Assembly (NCBI RefSeq): GCF_009914755.1 | Contig: NC_060936.1 | DNA: 64,000 nt | Origin: the human T2T-CHM13v2.0 reference genome, Homo sapiens | Direction: 5' to 3' (one strand) | Notes under the pieces: generated by a model | The model's database searches: none | Seen by the model: the letters and a program-made list of their open reading frames with translations, nothing else | What the model was told of the DNA's origin: nothing | Shown: positions 37,633 to 53,692 of the stretch, in pieces | How the letters are laid out: each line of letters begins with the position of its first letter | Numbering within the stretch: position 1 is the first letter of the stretch | Made by a program: the position numbers and the translations under genes

Positions 37633-38394
37633 GAAAATAAACCTATTCACTTTTAAACATATGACAAAATGACCAACTTCAATCATAATTATAGAAATAC
37701 AAATGAAAAGGTGAAAAGTTTTCACTGATGAGATTGGTAAAGATCAAAAAGTTGGAAAATACACTTTTGCTAAGAGTATAAGGACATAGGCACTCTTTTG
37801 CACTGCTTGTGAAAACGTAAATGTTTAACTTCTTTGGTGGAATCTGGTAATACCTATCAAATGTAAAATGACCAAAATTTTGACTCAGAATTCTACTTCT
37901 AGGAATCTGACCTATAAACAAACTTGCATATGAGTTCAAAAACACACCCATATAATGACTCTTCTTCATCATTGTTCATAACAGCCAAAGATTTGAGGCA
38001 ATTAAAATCCCCTTCATAAGGTAACTCGGCAGATTAATTATGATACATCCTTGTATTAGTGCATTATCTGTCTGAGAAGAATTTGGTAAATCTGTGTGTA
38101 CCTACAGTGAAAGAGCTCTAAGACAAATTAAGAAGATCAAAGTGAAGAGCAACATTATAGAGTGTTACTTAGTTTTTGTTTTTTAGAAAATATATATATT
38201 AATGCAAATACATTCATTTCATGTCTGTTGAAGGAGATACATGAAAAAAAAAAAAAAAAAAACTAAAAACAGTCATTTCTAAGGAAGGGCCCGGGCTAAG
38301 GGTGCATACAGCAGAGGACAGACTTTTTTCTCCATCACTTACTCTTTCATACTGCTTAAATATGCTTAACCAGGTACACATATTACTTTTTTTA

Positions 38395-39975
38395 AATTAA
38401 ACTTTTTATTTTGAAGTAATTGTAGATTCACATGCAGTTATAAAAAACTAATACAGAGAGATCCCATGTAACCCTTACCCCATTTTTCCCCAGTGGTATC
38501 TTGCAAAAACTACAGTACAATATCACAACCAAGATATTGGCATTGATACAGTCAAGATATAGAACATTTCCATCACCACAAGGAGCTCTCCTAATTCTCT
38601 TTTAGAGCCATTTCTCTCCACTACTAATACCTCCTTAACCACTGGCAACCACTAATCTGTTCTCCACTTCTATAATTTTATCAATCAGAGAATTTTGTAT
38701 GAATGAAGTAATACAATCTATAATATTTTAAGATTAGCTTTTCACTCAGCATAATTCTCTGGAGATTCATCTAGGTTGTTGCATGTGTCAATAGTTTATT
38801 TCTTTTTGTTGCTGGGTAGTAGTATTCCATCATATGAATTTACCAAAGTTTAACTCAACTGTTGAAGGACACTTCGGTTGTATCCAGTTCTTAGCCACCA
38901 TGGATAATGCTACCATAACCATTCTTGTAGAGGATTTGTATGAACATAAGTCTGCATTCTCTGGGGATAAATGCCCAGGAATGCAGTTGCTATGTCACAT
39001 GGTAGTTAATATTTAGGGTTTGTTTTTTTACAGAACTGCAAAAGTGTTTCCACAGCAGCTGTACCATTTTATATTCCCAACAGCAATGCATGATATCCTT
39101 TCTCTACATGCTAACTCCATCCAGTGTTGTCACTATGTTTTATTTTAGCCATTCTGATAGGTGTGTAGTGATAGTTCATTGTGGTTTTCATTTGCATTTC
39201 TCTAATGGCTAATGATGTTGAACTTCTTTTCATGTGTTTATCTGCCATCTGTATATGTTCTTCAGTGAACTGCTCTGGGTCTTCTGCCAATTTTCTAATT
39301 TTTTTTTAACTGTTGAGATTTAAGAGTTCTTACATATACTAATCCTTTGTCAGATAGGTGGTTTGAAAATATTTTTTCCCACTCTGTAGCTTGTCTTTTC
39401 ATCCTTTTAGCATTGTTCAGAGTAAACTGTTTCTTTTATGAAATCCAATTTATTAATTTTTCTTTTTATGGATCATGTTTTTGGTGTCAAGTGTAAGAAC
39501 TCTGCTTAGTCTGAAATCCTGAGATTTTCTCCTGTTTTTTCCCTAAAGGTTTTATCATTTACATTTCATATTTAAGTGTGTGGTCCATATTGAGTTAATT
39601 TTTCTATAAAGCACGAGACTCAGGTCAAATTTATTTGTTTGCCTATGGATGTTGAATTGCTCCAGCACCATTTGCTGAAAAGGCTATTTTTGCCTCCACT
39701 GAATTGCTTTGGCACCTCTGTCAAAAATTAGTTGGATGTATTTGTGTGGGTCTCTCTCTCTAGGTTGTCCATTCTGTGGCATTGATCTCTGTGTCTATCC
39801 ATCCTCTAATATCATGCAGTCTGGATTATTAAACCATATAATAATTCTTGAAATTTTTCCTGTCTCAAAATTGTTACAGCTATCCTATTTTCTTTCCGTT
39901 TGGATATGAATTTTAGAATAATCTTATTTATATCTACAAAAAGTCTTGCTGGAATTTAAAAGGGAATTCTGTTAA
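38395..39975 (-). mobile_element. L1MC/MD-like 3' segment
   Basis: gtagattcacatgcagtt...gtggttttcatttgcatttctctaatggctaatgatgttgaac...ccagcaccatttgctgaaaag, reverse-strand L1 motifs. Confidence 0.8.
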
Positions 39976-40194
39976 ACATTCAAGATGACAAGGAAAAGTA
40001 ATGCAGAAATTTATCAGAGAAATTTAACAAAGAGATTGAAATAATAAAAATAAAAGAAAACAAATCGTAAAACTGAGAAATACATTTGCTGAACTGATAA
40101 ATTCATTGAAAGCTCTCAACAGAATGGATCAAGCAGAAGAAAGAGTCGGTGAGCTATTTGAAAATACACAGAGAAGAAAAAAAGAAAAAGAAAA

Positions 40195-40736
<542 letters not shown>

Positions 40737-42695
40737 CTACAAGCTATAAAAAACTACCTTGAAAGACGAAATCTAATAATTATTCATATTCAAGAGGGAG
40801 TTGAGCAAGAGCAAGGGATAGAAAGCTTATTCAAAGAAATAAAAACTGAAAACTTTCCAAAACTTGAGAAAGCTATAAATATCCAGATACAATAAGGTCA
40901 GAGAACACCAGATCTGACCCAAATAAGACTACCCCAAGGCATATAATAATAAAATCTCAAAAGTCAAAGAGAGAGAATCCTAAAAGCAGCAAGAGAAAAA
41001 GAAGAAATAACATGTGAAGGAGCTCCAGGTCATCTGGCAACAGACTTTTCAGCAGAAACCATACAGGCCAGAAGAGGGTGAAATAACATTTTCAAAATGC
41101 TGAAAGAAATTTGAAAAGAAAAAAAAAAAAGCTACCATCCAAGAATACTATAACCAGCAAAGCTATCCCAGACAAACAAAAGCTGGGAGAATTCAGCACC
41201 TCTAGTTTTGTCTTATAAGAAATACTAAAGGGAGTTCTTTGACCTGAAAGAAAAACACACTAATGTGCAAAAAGAAAACAGTTGAAGATAAAAAATCCAC
41301 TGGTAAAACTAAGTGCACAGCAAAACCAAGAATACTCTAATACTGTAATTAGGGTGTGCAATCCGCTCATAACTCTAGTATGAAGCCTAAAACACAAATC
41401 TATCAAAAACAATAATAGCTACAGCAACCCATTAAGAGATAGGCAATATAAAAATGTGAAAATTGGAATAACCAAAGGTCAAAAATGGAGGGGGTGGAGT
41501 TAAAGTGTAGAGTTTCTTAGTTTTTTCTTTGTTTCTATTATTTTCTTTGTGATCTAAGATAAGTTGTCATCTCTTTAAAATAACATTATAAGATTTTTTT
41601 TTAAGCCTTATGGTAACCACAGTGTAAAAATCTATAACTTATTCACTGAAAATAAAAAGCAGCAAATTGAAACATGCAACTAGAGAAAAATCACAAACGA
41701 ATCACAGAGGAAGACAGTAAGAAAGGAAGAGTTACAAAACAGGCAGAAAATAAGCAACAAAATGTCAATTGTAAGTCCTTACTTATCAATAATAATACTG
41801 AATGTAAATTACTCAATTCTCCAATGAAAAGGCATAGAGTGGCTACATGGGTAAAGAAACAAGACCCAGGTTTCTGCCTACAAGAAACCCACTTCATCTA
41901 TAAAGACACACCTAGACTGGAGGTGAAGCAGTAGAAAAATATATTCCATGCAACTAGAAACCAAGAAAAGAGCAAAGAATAGCTATATTTATGCTAGATA
42001 GAATAGACTACAAATCAAAGACAGTAAAAGAGAAAAAGAGACCACTATATAATGATAAAGGGGTCAATTCAGCAAGAAGACATAACAATTGTATATATAT
42101 ATATATATCCACCCAACACCAGAGCTTCTAAGTATATAAAGCAAACATTTATAAATCTAAAGAGAGAGAGATAGACTACAATACAGTAATAGTAGGGGAC
42201 TTCAACACTCCACTCTCAATAATGAACAGATCAGTCAGACAGAAAATCAACAAAGAAACACTGGAGTTAAACCACACATTAGACCAAACAGACCTAACTG
42301 ATAATTAGAGAACATTTCACCCAACTGCTACAGAAGATACATTCTTTTCATCAGCACGCAGAACATTCTACCAGAATAGATTATATCTTAAGCCACAAAA
42401 TATTCTCCACAAATTCAAAAAAGTAGATATCAGATCAAGTCTCTCTGCAGAGCACAATGGAATAAGACTAGAATCAATAAGAAGATGAACCTCAGAAACT
42501 ACACAAACACATAGAAATTAAACCACATGCTCCTGAGTGACCAATGAAATGAAGAAATTAAGAAGGAAATTTAAAATTTAAAATTTTCTTGCAACAAATG
42601 AAAATGAAAATACAACATGTCAAAATCTATGGAATACAGCAATAGCAGTATTAAGAGGAAAGTTTATAACAATAAATACTATGTCAAAAAATAGA

Positions 42696-43003
<308 letters not shown>

Positions 43004-44077
43004 TCAAATAAACAACTTAACTATGCACCCCAAGGAACTAGAAAAGCAAGAACAATTCAAACCCCAAATTAGTAGAAGAAAAGAAATTAAATAAAGATCA
43101 GAGCAGAAATAATGAAATTCAGACTAAAAAAATACAGATCAATGAAACAAAAAGTTATTTTTTGAAAAGATAAAATCAACAAACTTTTAGCTAGACTATG
43201 AAAAAAAGAGAGAAGTCCCAAATAAGTAAAATTAGAAATGAAAAAGGATTCATAACAACTGAGACCACAAAAATACAAAGAATCATCAAAGACTATTATG
43301 AACAACTATACACGAACAAATTGGAAAACATGCAACAAGGATAAATTCTGGACACATACAACTATTGAACCATGAAGAAATAGAAAACCTCAAGAAACCA
43401 GTAACCAAACATAAGCCCCATTTCATACTCTACACAAAAATCCATTCCAGGGAGGGAATGATCTAAATGTAAGAGCAAAACAGCAAAGCTTCAACAAAGT
43501 AATGTAATAGAATATCTTAATTACCACAGGGTATGGAAAGATTTCTTAGACGAGAGACATAAAACACAAACTATGAAAAAGCAGGAGGAAAAGAACTATT
43601 TCAAAATTAAGAACTTCTGCCACAGAGGAGAGAAAAGATGTTTTAAATATATAGCACTAAATGGCTCATATCCAAAATGTAACTCCTATAAATCTATAAG
43701 AAAAACAAATAACAGCTCCCATAAATCTATAAGAAAAACAAATAGAAAGATGGACAAAGAAAGCTTTACCAGTAATATCCAAATATACATCATTAGTTAT
43801 CACAGAAATCTCTATTAAAACGACAATGAGGTACCACTCCACATGTGCCAGAATTTCTAAAAATAAAAAGACTACTGATTCCAAGTAGAAATAAGAATAT
43901 AGAGTATTGAGATCTCTTGTACTCTGCTAATTAGACTGTAAATTGGTGCAACCAATGTGGAAAATCATATGACATCTACTAAATTTGAGTATCTCCATAT
44001 CCTAAGACCTGGAAATTCCATCTCTACATATATACCCAAAAGAAATTCATGCATATGTGCATCAAAAGTCTGGAAGC

Positions 44078-44371
<294 letters not shown>

Positions 44372-44891
44372 GAGTCTGGAAGCACCATTCCTCCCAATGT
44401 CCATTCATAGCAGAATAGATAAATTGTGGTACAGTATATTCATATAATGGATTACTATCCAGCAATGGAAATAAACTACAGTTTCATGAAATTTATATAA
44501 TGTTGAGGGAAAAAAAGCCACACACACACAAAAAACCATGTTCTATACTTCCATTATATAGTTTAAAAAGAGTCAAGTAAAACCAAACTATGTTGTTTAG
44601 GGATACACACTTATAAAGACAAGCAAAGAGGTGCTTACCAGAAAATCAGATTAGTGATTACCTTTGGTGATGGGGACAAAAAGGGCAGCAATTGGAAGAA
44701 GGCACAAGGAGGACTAAAGAAGCAGTACTGGCAAAATTATATTTCTTGAGCTGGTTGATAGTTACATGGTTGTTTATATTACGAAAATCCAGAGTCTCTA
44801 TTTTTTATTTTATATACTCTAGATGTATTACATTTCAATTAAAAAGTTTAAAAGAGCACATTCAAATAAAGTCTTTAAAAATATTTATATC

Positions 44892-45205
<314 letters not shown>

Positions 45206-45933
45206 CTACAATGTTTAACACTAAAGTTTAACATTATAAAGTCCTTAGGGCTAGCACTGTAAAAGTTCATAAAATCATAAAAGGAACTTTTTCCAATTAT
45301 ATGCGTGCTGTTCTCTCAGTATCAGGAAGTAAGTCAACATTACTCCAGATACATAATGAGCTATATAAACATTCTGCTAAGCTGTACTCTAACACCTTAG
45401 TCCTATAGATGTTACCATTCTATAGTTAAATACTGAGTGTTTCTTCAGAATAATTGGTATCTCAAGAAAAAATCCAAACCAAAACCAGCCTATTTATTGT
45501 CGCAGCTGTGATACTACTATAAGAACCTAAAACAATTATATTTCAAGTGGATGTAGGTTTGCTCTCTCTTTGGTATTATTATCTATTTAAAACTTTAATG
45601 TACTGCAATATAGTTCCTCTCATATCCTTTCTCCAACTGATGGTGGAAAAATGTTTCTATTTATGTATATTTTCCATTTAGATAAAAATGTTACCTCTTG
45701 AATAGCATCTTAGAGTCACAAATAACCTGAGGTTCCTTTAGGGAACAAACAATGAAAGATAAGAGCACATTATAAGATAATATATCTAATAGTTTCCCAG
45801 AGGCAACCTTTCTATGACTGATAAACAAAAACTGACAGAACAAAATGTCACATTTTGGCAACTTATTACTTTAGAAAGATAATTATATAATAGGTATTTG
45901 GTAACCACAAGGCATTAAGAACACCTACAAATC

Positions 45934-46237
<304 letters not shown>

Positions 46238-46416
46238 TCAATAAGTAGCACATAAATTTTAAAAATAAATAAAAGATACAAAAAATAATTCACAGAAAAA
46301 GAATGGCCAATAAACACATGACAATATGCTAAACATTAATAATAATGTTAATTAAAACATGATAACATTTTCCTGCCATTTGGCAAATATGAAAAAGATC
46401 AAGAAGACCCAGTGTT

Positions 46417-46697
46417 GGCTGGGCACAGTGGTACACACCTGCAATCCCTAGCACTTTGGAAAGGCCAAGGTGGGAGGATTGCTTGAGCCCAGGAGTTTGA
46501 GACCCGCCTGGGCAACACAGCAAGACCTTGTCTCTAAAAAAAAATTTTTTTTAATTAGTGAGGTGTAGTGCGCCTGTAGTACCAGCCACTCAAGAGGCTG
46601 AGGTGGGAGGGTTACTTGAGCCCAGGAGGTTGAGGGTGTAGTGACCTAGGCCACAGAGCGAGACCCTGTCTCAAAATAAAATAAAATAAAATAAATA
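46417..46697 (+). mobile_element. AluJ
   Basis: ggattgcttgagcccaggagtt; (AAAAT)n tail; TSD accca(g/a)tgtt. Confidence 0.9.
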
Positions 46698-47587
46698 CCC
46701 AATGTTGATAGGGACATGAAAAAATAAAAGTACTTCTATTTTGACAGTAGGAGTATAAATTGATACAAATTTTTTGGAATGCGACTTGACAGTATCTACA
46801 AAATTTTAAACATAGATATTAATTCATACCCTAATATCCAACAATGCTGTTTTTAAATCTATCCTATGAAAACATTACTATATGAATATATATTCTTATA
46901 AGGATAGTTATTACAGCACCAATAAGGAAGAATGAGTAAGTAAATTTTGGTATATACATACAATGGAATATCATGCACTCAGTTTAAAATGCAGAAAATC
47001 TTTGTATACCAATTTGGAGAGATGTATTATTAAGCAATGAAAATAAGTTGCAGAAAAATATATGCAACATTTTATTTTTATTTTTGGAAAAACTCTCATA
47101 TGTATATATGTAAGCATAGAAAAGAGGCTGCAAGTGTATACAACGAACACTTCACAATGATAATCTCTGGAGAGGAGGAGAGTTTTGATTCGGAGATAAG
47201 GAATAGGAGAAACTTCATGTTTTATTTAATACCCTCTAATGTTTGAAGTCATTTTAATGAGTATATATTAATTTTTATTTTAAAAGTAAGAAAGTATTTA
47301 AATATAACATTTTGGGAAGATTTTCTTTTAACCAAGCTCTTCCAAGGTCTGTAGAGAAGAGTTACTTTACAGTCAGAATAACTATTCTTTCAGAATTTCT
47401 AAAGGGGAAAAAAGAAAAACTCCCACCTAGAAATAGATTCTCTCCCAGAGTCAGCATCTGTTCATTTTACCAAGGGATAAATTAAATCTAAAGTGAATGT
47501 TTGAGAGTAGTAACCTACATAAAGCATTTTAAACAGAAATGGAATAACAAAAAAAGACAGTAAAGTTAAATAAAGATGAAAACCCAC

Positions 47588-48142
47588 CTGTACTATATCC
47601 AGTACCATGCCAGCTGAAACTGTTCCAAAACCAGCTAGCAAAAAGGGCACAAGTATTTGCAATGCCATGATGCCACTGGATTCCTTTGGTAATTTTGGGG
47701 TCACTTCTACAATAGCATCTTCATCACCATCACTAGATATATCTTCATCTTGTAACATGGCAGTGGTTTCTGAAGTCTCCCTTCCATCACAGTAATTATA
47801 ATTGGCATAGTCATCATACTTTTGGCTGCAGCTTGATGATGCGTGCCCATTATTGGCATGAAAAGACTGCTCTGAGAAACTGTGATACTCCATGTGTTGC
47901 TCAGATCTATTACTAAAAGTCTGTACTGCAGTTGATAATCCATCTTGCCAAATGCCGTTTGCTTTTTTGTGCCTGTCTTCTTGGTTTTTCTGGTAAATCA
48001 CTGGAACCATACTCAAGAGTAAATTTAAAAACTTGTCGGATTGAATTGTGTTTAAACGTAAAGTCCAATCTACAAAACCTCCTCCACTACTTGGACCACC
48101 ACTTGTTTTATCGGTAATAGATCTTCCTTTACTATTAGTCAT
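47588..48142 (-). CDS. SLC41A2: SLC41A2 first coding exon (codons 1-185); whole exon 47588-48309 including 167 nt of 5'UTR
   Basis: Translates MTNSKGRSITDKTSGG...ALQILVPFLLAGFGTVSAGMVLDIVQ, recognised as the SLC41A2 N-terminus and TM1. Acceptor tttttccAG at 48311-48310; donor CAG|GTGGGT at 47587; 555 nt, phase 0. Confidence 0.96.
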
Positions 48143-48250
48143 ATTGTCATCACAAAAGACCCTGTACTCCTTAGATCTCAAGCTTCGGGAACCACAGCAG
48201 ATGAATCAGAACCGCACAAACACTGGTTTAAATTAAGTTGTTGACTTCAT
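48139..48250 (-). promoter_or_regulatory. Two short uORFs in the SLC41A2 5'UTR (48250-48233 MKSTT*, 48150-48139 MTI*)
   Basis: Read directly: ATG AAG TCA ACA ACT TAA, and ATG ACA ATA TGA whose stop overlaps the main ATG. Function not shown. Confidence 0.6.
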
Positions 48251-50408
48251 TGTGTAGAAAATATTTCCACTAATAAAAGATGTTCAGAAGTTCCACAGAA
48301 GGACTGGATCTGGAAAAATAAAATAATTTTTAAAAATCAGAGAAACAAGATAGTTTCAGTATCAAGATAGATACTTCAATTCTTATAAAGGTATTAAAAA
48401 CACATGTTCTTAAACCAACCCTACGGTACTGATACTATACTTTGTGGGCTTAAAACATAACTGTTTTGTGCCACACAACTGCTTTGTGTACAGAAATATA
48501 ATACAGAGCTATTTTTGTGCTCAATCTTGGTTAAAAGTATTTCTTATCTTTGCATACTTTATGTGATCAATATCCACGTAAGGTCTTCAACTGCCTCTTG
48601 AAATCCCACAGTGGACAAATGTTTTAAATAAAGTAATGGCTTTTATTACTATTGCAAGGACTCAGAATCAAATTGCTATACCCTTTGCATCTGTCAGTAC
48701 ACAACAAAAGATATATGGCATTATACTTTAAACATTAAATAATAAACCATATTACTTTATTTACAACTTAATATAATATACATTTTATTATTAAGATATG
48801 AAGAGACAAGGATGATGTTTACTATAAAAACACTTGGTAGGTATCCTGAATACTATATAGGGCATTTATTTCACAAATAAAATGAGGCTGGAGTCATATT
48901 TGTAGTTCTGAGATATAAAAGCTCATTATAATTGATTTAGGAATATAAACCTTCTTTCATTTAGGAATAACAAAACTAAAAAGAAATTACAAATATTCAC
49001 TTAAACCTCCATTTGCAAACCAGCCAGAAGAAAGCTTGTAACGCACTTATTTATGCCCTGCCCTGTCCATTCATAGTTCTCAGTCTGCTCTGGCCCATAA
49101 TCCCAGGGTAGAACCCTGACTGGCTGGCCACTCAGTGACTAGAGTCTCTTTGAAGACTTTGAACTAAGAGACACAAACACATAACTGTGGCACATCAAAG
49201 AGTGATGGGCACTGAAGCTGCAAGGTCACCCACGACCTGACCAGGAAGAAAACCTGACAATTGCTGCCATAGCTGGCAAGGCTTTCCAAGCTATCAGGTG
49301 TTTCTCAGAAACACCTAGGCCTGTCTTATACTTCCAAGAGCATCTAAGACCAAAAAAATGGCACTGATTTGATAAGGGATGGGTGGCCCCAAAACCTAAC
49401 TGGACTGCGTTCCTGCCAAGCTAGACTGAGAATTGTTGCTGCTACTATTGCTGCTTTTAATGAAAACTACTATATTCCTCAGTATTTGTTTCCAATGTCT
49501 TAGAATATCCATCTCCTCTCTGGATAGGAAGATCAATAGCAAGGAATGGCAAAGGGAGAAAGAGAAGGGGCTATGTAGGACGTAAGTGGGTGTTAGGGCC
49601 TGGTTCATCAATTCCATCACTCACTCACTTTCCTTTCCTCTCTCTTGTGATTACAGAGGGGTCTGGGATCTGGGAATTCCTTCTGAGGAACATTTTTAAA
49701 ATACAGATTCCAGGACACCAGACCTACTGACTCAGAATGTGTGTGTTTGAGGCCCATAAATCTTTTTTATTTTTAACTTTTCCATGTGATGATTATGGTG
49801 CAGACTTCCTGTGGACTTGCAATGAGTAGATTAAGCACTAGTTCCCATTTTTGCCACTTATAGGCTGGCCAGTATAGACAGAAAGTTGGTGTTTAAAGAA
49901 AATCAGATTAATGAAACCAATGGCCAGAGTGAAGCAGAGATAAAACGATGTAGTCCCCGAAAGAGAGAAAAGGGCAGAGAGCCTTCCAGGTAATGAAAGG
50001 CTGAGCTATACATCTGGAACTTAGGAGATTCCCTTCAGCTTCACATGAGTTAGATTGAGTGGGTGTCTGTTCCTTCAACTCATCTACCTTTTTAAAAAGT
50101 AGTGAGTATTTCACTGCCCCAATAGATCTTTAATCAAATAAAATGCAAAACAAACCCCAAAGAGATTGAGCTATAAGACAGGTCTATTCCATAGGAGGAC
50201 CAGTGATAGGAAACTTCCCTCCTGATGCAGAATTACCAGGATGATCAAAATGGAAATGCAGAGAAATGTAGGTAAACAAGAAAGAGAGATGACAGTGTCA
50301 CCATTCAGCCATTCTAAAGTTCAGAAAGCTCAAAATCTGTGCTTTGAAAACCTGACCAAATAGCAAAACTAGGTAGAAAAATAGAGAGGAGAGAAAGAAA
50401 ACAAGGGG

Positions 50409-50458
50409 GAATTTCCCAAGACCAGTCATCTCAGAATTTCCCAAGATCAGTCATCTCG
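50409..50458 (+). repeat. 25-bp tandem duplication
   Basis: gaatttcccaagaccagtcatctca / gaatttcccaagatcagtcatctcg. Confidence 0.85.
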
Positions 50459-51884
50459 CAGAATATGTGCAGAACGTGGCTAAGCACATAGTCAACACTG
50501 AACTGGCCAGGGGGATCCAGATGCACAGACACATCCAGGTCATACTTTTGCTCCTAGTATTCTTACTTCGGTATAAGCTATCCAGAAGTTTAGATGCAGA
50601 GATGGATACTCAACCAGGTATACCATACACAGAGACCATCCAAATGTGTACAAAATTAAAAACAGAGTGCCTCCTGGAAAAAGGAAGCCCTGTAAATGGA
50701 GCTCTGGGCTGGATTTTAGCCCACGCTCTGTCCCCTCAGCAAGTACCTTCATGCAGTGCAGAATCTGCATAACCTTACACATCAGACTAGGCAGTTGGGT
50801 AAAATATGAAACTGTGCTTAAAAGACAAAAAACATATATGCTAGACAGATATTTTTTGTTGTTGTTTGCTCAGCATCTTTTCCCAATTCCTTTAGCTAAT
50901 GGTATCTCCATTACCTATGGTAAATCCATTTCCCTATTCCATGAGATTCTAGTAGGTATATCAATCACAGTACCCTACCCTGCAGACCACAATAATGACA
51001 AATGGCTCAAGGAGGATCTGAGTCCCTTCCTGGAATTTTATATATTTGCTGCTTACTATTTCCTGAGTGCCTACAAGATGCTGGGGCTACAGTAATGAAA
51101 CAAATAGGCACAGTTACTGCTCTGATGGATTTTACCTTGTAATTGGAAGGAAAAACAATAATCAGGTAAGCACATAAATAAAAGAGATAATTTGTGATAA
51201 AGGCTATGGAGGAAACAGTTGATTAAACAAAGAATAAATGACTTACAGGGCTATTTCAGAGGGGAAGGCCTTTGGGGGAAGACTTTCCTTTGGAATGACT
51301 TAATTCTGAAACTTTCTGTCACTGTGTCTTCCTCCTCACAAAGCTCCTTCTACCACCACCATCATCACCACCACTTGGAAGAAAGCCGTCTACATGAGAA
51401 GAGGATCTACAGAAAGAGGGAATCAGAGCTAGGCGGTAAGAGAGTCCTGACAACATAATTAGAATCTCTATACCATTTAGTTAAAACCCACTCCATTCCT
51501 GTTCTTCCCAACTATAGGCCAATAAATCTTCTTCATTGCTTAAGCTACTCTGAGTGGTGTTTCTGTCCTAACAGCTGTTTTTGTTTTTGTGTGTGTGTGT
51601 TTTTAAATAATATAGTTTGAAAGTGCCAGGAATGACCTTGATACAAGTATATGCCACAGACCACATATCACCATCATGCATTGAGGAAAATGTGGGCCTT
51701 TTAAAATTTTATCCTTCTTTTTATCTGGTTAATGAATACTTATCAGTTATTTCAATGCTTGCTTATTGACAAGGTCTATTATCTCCTTAATGATTCCTTA
51801 AACTTTCTTCCTTTAACTAAATAAATCACCTATTATAAACTCTTCTCGCTGAATAATGAATTACAATCAAAATAGCTTTGTGAG

Positions 51885-53692
51885 CAGTCCTAAGCAAAAA
51901 GAACAAATCTGGAGGCATCACATTACCTATCTTCAAACTATACTATAAGGATATAGTAGGCAGGGTGCAGTGGCTCATGCCTGCAATCACAGCATTTTGG
52001 GAGGCCGAGTCAGGAGAACTACTTGAGCCCAGGAGTTGGAACCAGCTTGGGCAACATGGCGAAACCTTGTCTCTACAAAAAATGCAAAAATTAGCTGGGC
52101 ATGATGGCGTGCACCTGTAGTCCCAGCTACTCGGGAGGCTGAGGTGGGAGAAGCACTGGAGCCTGGGAGGTCAAGGCTGCAGTGATTTGTGTTTGCCTCA
52201 CTGCAGTCCAGCCTGGGTGACGCAGTGAGACTTTGTCTCAAAAAAAAAAAAAAAAAAAAAAGATATAGTAACCAAAACAGCATGATACTGGTATAAAAGT
52301 AGATATATAGACCAAAGGAAGAGAATAAAGAACCCAAAAATAAAGCCAAATACAACCAACTGATATTCAAGAAGCACATAAAAACATAAATTGGGAAAAG
52401 GACATTCTATTCAATAAACAGCGCTGAGAAAATTAGACAGCCACATGTAGAAGAATGAAACTGGATCCCTATCTCTCACCCTATACAAAAATTAACTCCA
52501 AATGGATTAAAGACTTAAATCTAATACCTAAAGCCATAAAAATTCTAGAAGAAAACCTAGGAAAAAAACTCTTCTGGACATTGGTGTAGGCAAAGAATTT
52601 ATGGCCAAGACCCCTAAAAGCAAATGCAATAAAAATAAATAAATAAATGAGACATAATTGAATGAAAAAGCTTCTGCAGAGCCAAAAAAACAATCATCAG
52701 AGTAAACATAACCTACAGAATGGGAGAAAACATTTGCAAATTATGCAGCCCACAAAGGACTAATATCCAGGTTCTACAAGGAAGTCAAATCAGCAAGAAA
52801 AAAACAAATGATCCCATCAGAAAGTAGGCAAATGACATGAATAGACACTTCTCAAAAGAAGACATACAAATGGCCAGCAAACATATTAAAAAGTGCTCAA
52901 AATCACTAATCATCAGGGAAATGCAAATTAAAACCACAATGAAATACCACCTAACCCCAGCCAAAACTCCCATTATTAAAATGTCAATAAACAATAGATG
53001 TTATCATGGATGTGGTGAAAAGAGAATGTTTATATACTGCTGGTGGGAATGTAAATTTGTACAGCCTCTATGGAAAATAGTATGGAGATTTCTTAAAGAA
53101 CTAAAAGTGGATCTACCATTCGATTCAGCAATCCCACTACTGAGTATCTACCCAAAGGAAAAGAAGTAATCACATCAAAAAGACACTTGCACGCGTATGT
53201 TTATCTGTTTATTACAGCACAACTCACAATTGCAAAGATATGGAACAAACCTAAGTGCCCATCAATGAATTAGAGGATAAAGAAAATAAATACACACACA
53301 CACATACACACACACACACCCATATATATACACCATGAAATACTGCTCAGCCATAAAAAAGAAAAAATAATGTCTTTTGCAGCAACTTGGATGGAGAGCT
53401 AGAGGCCATTATTCTAAGTGACGTAACTCAGGAATGGAAAACCAACTACTGCATGTTCTTAGTTTTAAGTGGGAGCTAAGTTATGGGTATGCAAAGGCAT
53501 ACAGAGTGGTATAATGGACACTGGAGACTCAGAAAGGGGGAGGGTGGGAGGAGGGTAAAGGACAAAAACCACCTATTAGGTACAATGCACACTACTTGGG
53601 TGATGGGTGCGCTATCCCAGACTTCACCACTATACAATTCATCCATGTAGCCCAAAACTACTTGTACTCATAAAGCTACTAAAAAAAAAAAA
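51885..53692 (+). mobile_element. 5'-truncated L1PB-like element with an AluJ at 51959-52261
   Basis: ORF2 C-terminal peptide at 52837-53169; L1PB-type 3'UTR and poly-A; Alu TSD gatatagta. Confidence 0.9.

Noticed and set aside
43684-43745. 33-bp tandem duplication, and similar small ones near 4320, 23325 and 31010
   Set aside because: Ordinary slippage-type tandem duplications.
48143-48181. ORF-track start at 48181 (MRSKEY...)
   Set aside because: The codon is TTG. The first in-frame ATG after the upstream stops is at 48142.
47607-48236. Short + strand and alternative-frame ORFs over exon 2
   Set aside because: These are shadows of the real coding exon with no independent support.
51219-51458. 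ORF with a poly-His run
   Set aside because: It comes from a (CAC/CAT)n microsatellite among decayed repeats.
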